A DNA stretch of 32,000 nt from Planctomycetales bacterium. GTDB taxonomy: Bacteria; 4484-113; JAFGCY01. The notes beneath the pieces were generated by a model. That model made no database searches and had not been told where the DNA came from. It worked only from the letters and a program-made list of their open reading frames with translations. The translations under genes were made by a program, and so were the position numbers. The stretch covers positions 1,890,001 to 1,922,000 of the forward strand of contig CP060262.1 in assembly GCA_022646745.1 (NCBI GenBank), read 5' to 3'. Below, piece by piece: positions 26,095 through 32,000 of this stretch (positions within the stretch are counted from its first letter, which is position 1; every line of letters starts with the position of its first letter).

Positions 26095-29000
26095 ATGGGC
26101 CGCAATCTCCTTGTTGGATGCCTTGGCATCCTGATACTGTGCTGTTCCTGCACGAAAGGCACGCAGCAAAGCGCTGACGGCGGAAATGCCACTGGAAAGC
26201 ATGATGCAGGCAAGCAGCTGTCAGCCGCGGTTCCCTATGCCGGCTACCCTGCAAGTGATGCGAATGTCGAGGCCAGTCCGCTTGCGGCAGGCAGCGGCGG
26301 TGGCAGCTTCACACAGCTGGACAGCGCGGAGTCCGGCATCAGCTTCGTCAGTGAAGCGCTGGACAATGACATGATCGTCGATGACATCGGCAGCCAGGCC
26401 GGTATGGCTGCGGCGGATTATGACGGCGACGGCGACATAGACATCTACCTCTGCGGTATCTCGAATGACAACCTGCTGTTCCGCAATGACGGCGGAATGA
26501 AGTTCACAGACGTGACGGACGAGGCCGGAGAAGGCCTGCGGCTGGCCGGTGAACTGGCTGAGAGTGCCGTGTTCTTCGACATCAATGCCGATGGGCGGCT
26601 GGACCTGTATGTCGCGGTGCGCGGCGGGGCCAACCGGCTGTTCGTCGCCGGTGAGGACGGCCGCTTCACGGAGAATGCCGCGGCCTACGGGCTGGCTAGC
26701 GAGCGCAGCACTATCGTGAGTGCGGTGTTCGACATTGACAACGACGGCGACCTGGACATCTACAATGCCAACAACCGGCTGGGGCGCCACGGCAGCGGCC
26801 TGCTGGAGACCGTGCTCGGCGAAAAGCCGGACATCATGTACATCTTCGACGAGGAGACCGGCGAGGTCAGCCTCGGCGGCTCATCGGCCGACCAGTTCTA
26901 CATGGACCCCGTGTTCAAGGCGCGCCTGAAGCCGGACTCGGATGAGATGTACATCAACAACGGCACCGGCTCCTTCGAGGACCGCGCTGCCGAGCTGGGC
27001 ATCCGGCCGCTGGGCTGGTCGCTCAACGCACTGGCCTGCGACTTCAACAATGACGGCTGGATGGACCTCGAGGTGTCCGGCGACTTCGACACGCCGGACT
27101 GGTACTACCTGAACGATGGCAACGGCCGGCTGGTGGAACACGGCAAGGAGATGTGCCGCATCAACTCATTCTTCGGGATGGGCAGCGATGCCGGCGACCT
27201 GGACCGCAACGGCTGGATGGACTACATGGTGGGCGACATGTCGCCCTCCGGCTACAAGGACGGCAAGAAGCAGAGTGGCGACATGTATGAGTGGCGCCAG
27301 GAGCTGGCGACATTCGAACCGCACCAGAACATGCGCAACACGGTGATGCTGAACCGCGGCGGCGGCTGGATGAGCGAGGCCGGCGCGCTGCTCGGCGTGA
27401 AGAGCACCGACTGGACCTGGAGCATCCGCATCGCGGACCTCAACAGCGACGGCATCCACGAGATCCTTGCGACCAACGGCTACATCAGCAAGGCGATCGA
27501 GGTCGATGAGCGCAACCGCATCAAGTCCATGATCCAGGCCGGCCGCAGCCAGAAGGAGATCGAGGACTACATCGTCTCGCTCGGGCCCTTCGTGACGGAT
27601 GACATCATCTTCACCGCCAGCGAGCTGCTGAAGTACTCCAAGGCGCCGGACAACTGGGGCCTGCATGACAACGCGATCTCATGCGGCGCCAGCCTGCAGG
27701 ACTACGACGGCGATGGCGACCTAGACATGATAATCAACAACACCAATGCCGAGGCCGGGGTCTACCGCAATGACCTTGACAACGGCAGCCGCGTGCTGGT
27801 CGACCTGCGCCAGGATGGCCCGAACCAGGAGGCGGTCGGCGCCCGTGTTGTGGCGGTCTGCGGCGACGAGCAGTTCATGCAGGACGTGATCATCGCCCGC
27901 GGCTATGCCTCGACGGAAAGCAGCCGGATCCACCTCGGGCTCGGCGAACACCAGAAGATCGACGCGCTGTGGATCCGCTGGCCCGGCAACCAGGCGGAGG
28001 TGCTGCGCGACCTGGACGTGAACACTCACTACACGATCACGCGCGGCAGCCAGCTGACGGACGTGTCAGTGCTGCCTGAGCACAGCCCGTTGTTCAGCCA
28101 GGAGGAACTGGGCTGGAACCAGGTAGAGGTTGACACCTTCGAGGCTGAGTTCGAGGCCGAGCCGCTGCTGCCGGTGCGCCGCAGCACGCTGGGCACCGGT
28201 GTCGGCGTGGCGGACATCAATGCCGACGGCCAGCTCGACGTCTACTTCGCCGGGCCGGCGGGGCAGGCCGGCAAGCTGTACTACGGCCGTGATGGCAAGC
28301 TCGTGGCCTCGCCGATGCTGGAGAAGGCCGTGGATGAACGTCCGGAGAGCATGGGCGTGCTGTTCTTCGAAGCCAACGGCGACGGCCGGCCGGACCTGCT
28401 GCTGTCCAGCGGCGGCAATGAAGCTTCGGCGGGCAGCACGGAGTACATCGACCGCCTGATGTACAACGAGGGCGAGAAGTTCAAGCTGGCCGGCATGCAA
28501 ATTGGGGCGGAATCCTCCGGCAGTGCCTGCGCCTCGGACATTGACAACGATGGTGACCTCGACCTGTACATCGCCTGCCGGCAGAAGCCCGGCGAGTACC
28601 TGCGCCCCGGCGTCTCGCACATCATGCTGAATGACGGCGAAGGCAACATGAGCATGGCCACCGGACGGATCGCCCCGGGACTGGCGGAGACCGGCCCGGT
28701 GTCGGATGCGATCTTCACTGATGTCAACGGTGACGGGCGGCAGGACCTCGTGCTTGCAATCGAGTTCGGCAGCGTCGAGTGGTGGGCCAACAATGACGGC
28801 CTGCTGGTGCGCCAGGGCCCGATCAGCCCGAGCGGCACCTGGCAGTCGCTGGCCAGCGCGGACTTCGACAATGACGGCGACATGGACCTGCTTGCCGGCA
28901 ATTACGGCCTGAACACCAAGTACCACCCGAGCGCTGAGAAGCCCTACCTGATCATCGCGGATGACTTCGACAACAATGGCACGCGTGACCTGGTGGAGGT

Positions 29001-29823
29001 CAAGTTCGGCAGCGACGGCACCCTGCTGCCGGGGCGCGGCCGTTCCTGCAGCGGCTACGCGATCGCCACCGTGCCGCAGCAGTTCCCGACCTGGACCGAA
29101 TTCGCCAATGCCTCACTGGAGGACATCTACGGCCCGGTGGACCAGGTGGCTGAGCGCTTCTCCGCCGAGGAGGTACGCAGCTGCGTGTTCCTCAACGACG
29201 GCGCGGGCAGCTTCAGCATGCAGCCCCTGCCGAAGGAGGCGCAGTACAGTATCGTGTTCGGCATGGCGACCGGTGACTTTGACAACGATGGCAACATGGA
29301 TGCCTGGCTGAACCAGAACTACCGCAACACCCAGCCGGAGGAGACCCGCTGGCTGATGGGTTACGGCTGCCTGCTGCTGGGCGATGGCCAGGGCGGCTTC
29401 CGCAATGTGGAGCACATGGATTCCGGCATCCTGCTGAATGCCGAGGGCCGCGGTGCCGTGGCCGCCGACCTGAATGGAGACAACTGCCTGGACATCCTGA
29501 TGAGTGTGAGCAACAGCAAGCCGCAGCTGGCCTGGGGCCAGCCGGGCAACATGGCGGGCCGGGGCCTGATGGCCAGCCTCAGTGGCCCGGCCGGCAACCC
29601 GGCGGGCATCGGCGCGAAGCTCAGCCTGGAGCTGGACAATGGCACTGTGCTGCACCGCGAGGTGCTGGGCGGCCATACCTACCTGTCGAGCTACGTCGGC
29701 CCGCAGCACTTCGGAATTCCGGCCGGCAGCAAGCCGGTCAGGCTGACGGTGAGCTGGCCGGATGGAGGCAGCTCAGAAGTAACGGAATTCGCCGAGCCCT
29801 GGAATGTGAACGTGGCCCGCTGA
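26095..29823 (+). CDS. FG-GAP/VCBS repeat + ASPIC/UnbV domain lipoprotein, CRTAC1-like (1242 aa), paralog 3.
   Basis: ATG at 26095 follows GAGGAAAGA. N-terminus MGRNLLVGCLGILILCCSCTKG has signal peptide and lipobox. By eye it is closest to paralog 2, with long identical runs such as KFGSDGTLLPGRGRSCSGYAI and LLLGDGQGGFRNVEH. Confidence 0.9.
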   Translation: MGRNLLVGCLGILILCCSCTKGTQQSADGGNATGKHDAGKQLSAAVPYAGYPASDANVEASPLAAGSGGGSFTQLDSAESGISFVSEALDNDMIVDDIGSQAGMAAADYDGDGDIDIYLCGISNDNLLFRNDGGMKFTDVTDEAGEGLRLAGELAESAVFFDINADGRLDLYVAVRGGANRLFVAGEDGRFTENAAAYGLASERSTIVSAVFDIDNDGDLDIYNANNRLGRHGSGLLETVLGEKPDIMYIFDEETGEVSLGGSSADQFYMDPVFKARLKPDSDEMYINNGTGSFEDRAAELGIRPLGWSLNALACDFNNDGWMDLEVSGDFDTPDWYYLNDGNGRLVEHGKEMCRINSFFGMGSDAGDLDRNGWMDYMVGDMSPSGYKDGKKQSGDMYEWRQELATFEPHQNMRNTVMLNRGGGWMSEAGALLGVKSTDWTWSIRIADLNSDGIHEILATNGYISKAIEVDERNRIKSMIQAGRSQKEIEDYIVSLGPFVTDDIIFTASELLKYSKAPDNWGLHDNAISCGASLQDYDGDGDLDMIINNTNAEAGVYRNDLDNGSRVLVDLRQDGPNQEAVGARVVAVCGDEQFMQDVIIARGYASTESSRIHLGLGEHQKIDALWIRWPGNQAEVLRDLDVNTHYTITRGSQLTDVSVLPEHSPLFSQEELGWNQVEVDTFEAEFEAEPLLPVRRSTLGTGVGVADINADGQLDVYFAGPAGQAGKLYYGRDGKLVASPMLEKAVDERPESMGVLFFEANGDGRPDLLLSSGGNEASAGSTEYIDRLMYNEGEKFKLAGMQIGAESSGSACASDIDNDGDLDLYIACRQKPGEYLRPGVSHIMLNDGEGNMSMATGRIAPGLAETGPVSDAIFTDVNGDGRQDLVLAIEFGSVEWWANNDGLLVRQGPISPSGTWQSLASADFDNDGDMDLLAGNYGLNTKYHPSAEKPYLIIADDFDNNGTRDLVEVKFGSDGTLLPGRGRSCSGYAIATVPQQFPTWTEFANASLEDIYGPVDQVAERFSAEEVRSCVFLNDGAGSFSMQPLPKEAQYSIVFGMATGDFDNDGNMDAWLNQNYRNTQPEETRWLMGYGCLLLGDGQGGFRNVEHMDSGILLNAEGRGAVAADLNGDNCLDILMSVSNSKPQLAWGQPGNMAGRGLMASLSGPAGNPAGIGAKLSLELDNGTVLHREVLGGHTYLSSYVGPQHFGIPAGSKPVRLTVSWPDGGSSEVTEFAEPWNVNVAR

Positions 29824-29851
29824 TAGCGGCAGATTCAACCTGATCTATCGA

Positions 29852-29881
29852 GGGGAGCGTCCATGTGATGCTCCCCTTTTT
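29852..29881 (+). terminator. Rho-independent terminator of FG-GAP gene 3.
   Basis: Stem ggggagc (29852-29858) pairs with gctcccc (29870-29876), then ttttt (29877-29881). Confidence 0.8.
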
Positions 29882-30040
29882 GTTACCCATGCATGACACG
29901 GCTGTCTGCATATGTGAGAAGGGATGCCGGCCTGACTTCCATTACAGGCTTACGAGCTTGACGCTGTACCGCAGGCATCCCTTCCTTCCTTTCCTGCCAT
30001 CCCTTCCAGCATCAAGTGAAACTGCCCGCGATTAGCGCGC

Positions 30041-30067
30041 AAAAAAATGCCCCGGAAAACCCGGGGC
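30041..30067 (-). terminator. Rho-independent terminator of the sigma/anti-sigma operon (minus strand).
   Basis: On the minus strand: gccccgg-gtttt-ccggggc followed by attttttt. On the plus strand this is aaaaaaat at 30041-30048 and the stem at 30049-30067. It lies 55 nt downstream of the anti-sigma stop. Confidence 0.75.
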
Positions 30068-30121
30068 AATAATTGCTGTGGATTCCGGACCAGAACAGGA
30101 TCCGGAGGATTGCTTACTTGT

Positions 30122-30883
30122 TTAGGGGCGGCTGAAGCGGATAAGCAGGTCGATACGGCCCTGCGGATGGTTCACCGCGTATTCATTGACGCTGACCTTG
30201 GAACCGTCAGCGAGCTCGATGGCGGGGCTGCCACTGCCGGGATAACCGGCGGCGATCGCCTGGATCTCGGTCAGGCTGGCCGCGTCAGCACGGATGCTGA
30301 ACTCGGTCGGCAGCCCACCGGGGAAGGTATAGCTGTAACCATTGGGACCCTTGGCACAGACGGCGCCCTCGAACACGCCGAGCTGGCGGTCGAGCTGGTC
30401 CACCAGCTGCATTGCGTTGCGGCTGGCACCGTTCTCGGCACGCTGCAGGGTGCTGTTGAGGAACTGGCTGCTTGAGGCGTTGATCAGGATCTCACTGGAG
30501 CTGTCCTGGCCGTTGAAGCCGGAAGCCACGCCGACGTTGTTCACGCCCGGGCGGTCCATGGCACGATCGTAGATGAACTGGCCGAAGGCCAGGCCGACCA
30601 CGATCAGGGCCACCAGCATGGAACCCGCGAAAGCACGCTGCGGGGTGAAGTTGAAGCGCTGCTGGGGCTCGATGCGCTCCATCAGCTTCGCGCGGAATGC
30701 GCTGGGATGTACCTCAACCTCGGGGCCGCTGGACATCAGCAGGCCGATACGGCGCATCTGCTCATACTCGCGGCGCAGCTCAGGGTCCTGGGCCATCAGG
30801 CGCTCGAACTCCGCCTTGTCGGCGAGTCCGATCTCCCCGTCCAGGTACTCATTGAGCCATCGTTTTGCCTTTGCTCGATTCAC
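30122..30883 (-). CDS. Membrane-spanning anti-sigma factor (253 aa).
   Basis: GTG start at 30883-30881 overlaps the sigma stop codon (GTGA). The N-terminal helical region AKRWLNEYLDGEIGLADKAEFERLMAQDPELRREYEQMRRI is anti-sigma-domain-like but lacks the HxxxCxxC zinc ligands. One TM helix is present (MLVALIVVGLAFGQFIY), followed by a ~140-aa extracytoplasmic domain of unknown type. Its position directly downstream of an ECF sigma gene supports the call. Confidence 0.75.
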   Translation of the reverse strand: MNRAKAKRWLNEYLDGEIGLADKAEFERLMAQDPELRREYEQMRRIGLLMSSGPEVEVHPSAFRAKLMERIEPQQRFNFTPQRAFAGSMLVALIVVGLAFGQFIYDRAMDRPGVNNVGVASGFNGQDSSSEILINASSSQFLNSTLQRAENGASRNAMQLVDQLDRQLGVFEGAVCAKGPNGYSYTFPGGLPTEFSIRADAASLTEIQAIAAGYPGSGSPAIELADGSKVSVNEYAVNHPQGRIDLLIRFSRP

Positions 30884-31482
30884 GCTATGTTCACCTTCTG
30901 CCTTACAAGATCGCGGGCACGGCTGATCCGTGACTTCACGGTGCCGATTGAAATGCCGAGGATCTCAGCCACTTCCTCGTAGCTGAGTTCGTTGATCTCA
31001 CGCATGATGAGGATCGTCCGGTATATCTCCGGCAGGCCCCGCACCGCCTCCATGATGTCCTGGACCAGCTTGCGCTGCTCCACCGTTTTTGCGGGGTCGT
31101 AAGTGGCATCCGGCAGGGTGTCGAGGATCTCGAAGTTCTTCTCCTCGCTCGGTGCCTGCTTCGGCGCGGACACGAACATCCGGCTGAAGCTGGAACGCCT
31201 GCGGGCATGGGTCCGGCAGTAGTTGAGCACGATCTTGTAGATCCAGCTCTCCAGGCTTGCATTGCCCTTGTACTTGCCGATGAACTTGTAGATCCGGACG
31301 AAGATCTCCTGGGCCACGTCCTCGATCTCGTCTATATCACCGAGGTGCTGGTAGACGAGGTTGAACACGTAGCGCTGGTACTTCGACACGAGCTCATCAA
31401 AGGCCCGGTGGTCGCCCTGCTGGCATCGCACGATCAGCTCACTCACCTCGGGGGAGTTGTAAGCCAGATATGCATCTGCCAT
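30880..31482 (-). CDS. ECF-type RNA polymerase sigma-70 family factor (200 aa from the ATG at 31482; alternative GTG start at 31497).
   Basis: Region 2 pattern: HRAFDELVSKYQRYVFNLVYQHLGDIDEIEDVAQEIFVRIYK...ESWIYKIVLNYCRTH. Region 4.2 helix-turn-helix: LPEIYRTILIMREINELSYEEVAEILGISIGTVKSRISRARDLV. AAGGTG lies upstream of the ATG. Confidence 0.9.
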   Translation of the reverse strand: MADAYLAYNSPEVSELIVRCQQGDHRAFDELVSKYQRYVFNLVYQHLGDIDEIEDVAQEIFVRIYKFIGKYKGNASLESWIYKIVLNYCRTHARRRSSFSRMFVSAPKQAPSEEKNFEILDTLPDATYDPAKTVEQRKLVQDIMEAVRGLPEIYRTILIMREINELSYEEVAEILGISIGTVKSRISRARDLVRQKVNIA

Positions 31483-31503
31483 AGCTGCCACTAACACCTT
31501 ATT

Positions 31504-31531
31504 TGAGACTCAGCTGCGGCGAACGGGTTCC
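31504..31531 (-). promoter_or_regulatory. Candidate autoregulated ECF-type promoter.
   Basis: Minus strand reads GGGAACCC-gttcgccgcagctgag-TCTCAAAT, i.e. GAACnn-N16-TCTnA, which resembles sigmaE/AlgU-type promoters. Caveat: the implied transcription start would fall very close to the RBS. Confidence 0.3.
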
Positions 31532-31610
31532 CTAAATCTTCAACATTATTCTGGATGTCCCCCGACAGCGGGCGATAGATTTTAACCGAGCAATTCAGGG
31601 ACGCGGAGAA

Positions 31611-31618
31611 GGGGGGGG
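31611..31618 (+). repeat. G8 homopolymer tract.
   Basis: gggggggg read directly. It lies in the divergent intergenic region, about 130 nt upstream of the sigma start codon. Confidence 0.95.
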
Positions 31619-31623
31619 TTATT

Positions 31624-31672
31624 CAGGGACCAGGGACCGGGGATCAGGGAACGGGGAACAGGGAACAGGGAA
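31624..31672 (+). repeat. Seven tandem heptamers: cagggac cagggac cggggat cagggaa cggggaa cagggaa cagggaa.
   Basis: Read directly. The leading attcagggac (31621-31630) also occurs at 31593-31602. Each unit contributes a G3-4 tract. Confidence 0.95.
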
Positions 31673-31910
31673 CGTGTTGGAGGTGCGCAATCACGCCTGC
31701 GGCGTGACGTACAAAGGGGTGCTGGAGCAGTCTGAATAGTCCGGATAGTCTGAAAAGTGGAAGAAGTGGTTAGTTCTTAGTAGCGGCTGCACCTTGCAGC
31801 CGGACATCAGTAGTAGCAGCGGCGCCCTCGCCGCTGGAGCCGCGAAGCGCAGCTTCGGCTTCGCTTCCGCAACACAGCTCAGCCAGCCCGATCCGTGCTA
31901 GCCTGAAAGA

Positions 31911-32000
31911 ATGATCAAGCTATACAGATTCCTGCTGGATGTATTGCTCGTTGCCGGCCTCACGGTGCTGGTCTCCGGCTGCCCTGCAGGCACAGGCAAG
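31911..32000 (+). CDS. N-terminus of another predicted lipoprotein (3' end outside the window).
   Basis: ATG at 31911 gives MIKLYRFLLDVLLVAGLTVLVSGCPAGTGK, a hydrophobic core plus a canonical VSGC lipobox. The CPAG start of the mature protein resembles ank2 (LLAGCPAGQ). Only 30 codons are visible and the RBS (gaaaga) is weak. Confidence 0.5.
   Translation, partial: MIKLYRFLLDVLLVAGLTVLVSGCPAGTGK

Noticed and set aside
25892-26254. ORFs 25892-26254(-), 25896-26177(+) and 25947-26213(-) between FG-GAP genes 2 and 3.
   Set aside because: They mutually overlap on both strands, are Arg/Pro/Cys-rich, and run into the well-supported FG-GAP3 start. They are most likely non-coding leader.
54-29709. 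Many long antisense or off-frame ORFs in the track, e.g. 54-1535(-), 1545-3410(-), 6901-10056(-), 11825-13555(-), 13967-14938(-), 17486-20488(-), 22941-24044(-), 24459-25481(-), 28066-28926(-).
   Set aside because: They lie entirely inside much longer sense ORFs with recognisable domains. Their translations are low-complexity (A/G/V/R/H-rich), as expected from stop-poor alternative frames of GC-rich coding DNA. They lack RBSs and recognisable motifs.
30047-30926. + strand ORFs 30047-30475, 30342-30572, 30573-30926 and 30707-30982.
   Set aside because: They are antisense to the anti-sigma and sigma genes, which have clear family features and translational coupling. The first one also begins inside the minus-strand terminator.
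31593-31672. CRISPR array.
   Set aside because: The units are 7 nt, contiguous and without spacers, and no cas genes are present. This is a simple tandem repeat.
31690-31900. tRNA or other known small RNA in the hairpin-rich region.
   Set aside because: There is no cloverleaf arrangement and no T-loop (GTTCRAnnC) or D-loop signature. The hairpins are consecutive, not nested.

Overview
GC-rich chromosomal window from a diderm-type bacterium whose taxon I cannot assign. It is dominated by a tandemly amplified module of surface or periplasmic lipoprotein genes, all on the + strand. There are three paralogous giant lipoprotein genes (~1610 aa) of a family I do not recognise: A at <1-4829 (5'-truncated by the window edge), B at 5173-10014 and C at 15758-20587. 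There are two ankyrin-repeat lipoproteins (10141-11409, 20685-21899) and three ~1240-aa FG-GAP/VCBS + ASPIC/UnbV (CRTAC1-like) lipoproteins (11708-15430, 22020-25754, 26095-29823). The order is [giantA][giantB-ank-FGGAP][giantC-ank-FGGAP-FGGAP]. Each giant and FG-GAP gene ends in a strong GC-hairpin/T-run terminator; the ankyrin genes do not.

The most unusual signal is the evolutionary pattern of the giant genes:
- The first ~2.7 kb visible in the window is identical between A and B (one synonymous SNP found) and about 99% identical to C. The partner ank and FG-GAP genes are much more diverged.
- A/B identity ends abruptly at 2738/8094, just after a poly-Gly linker.
- The next ~1.3 kb is a three-way mosaic, which points to gene conversion.
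- The C-terminal ~200-255 aa is a swapped cassette: A is unrelated to B and C. It is bracketed by a conserved FFWPD(A/P)VPL junction and a conserved 3' UTR plus terminator.

On the - strand sits an ECF sigma / anti-sigma pair (30122-31482) with a GTGA overlap. Its divergent upstream region carries a G8 homopolymer and a 7x heptamer (CRGGGAN) G-tract array. A further lipoprotein gene starts at 31911 and runs off the window. I saw no rRNA, tRNA, CRISPR array, transposase or integrase. All functional names come from motif recognition by eye, because no database search was possible.
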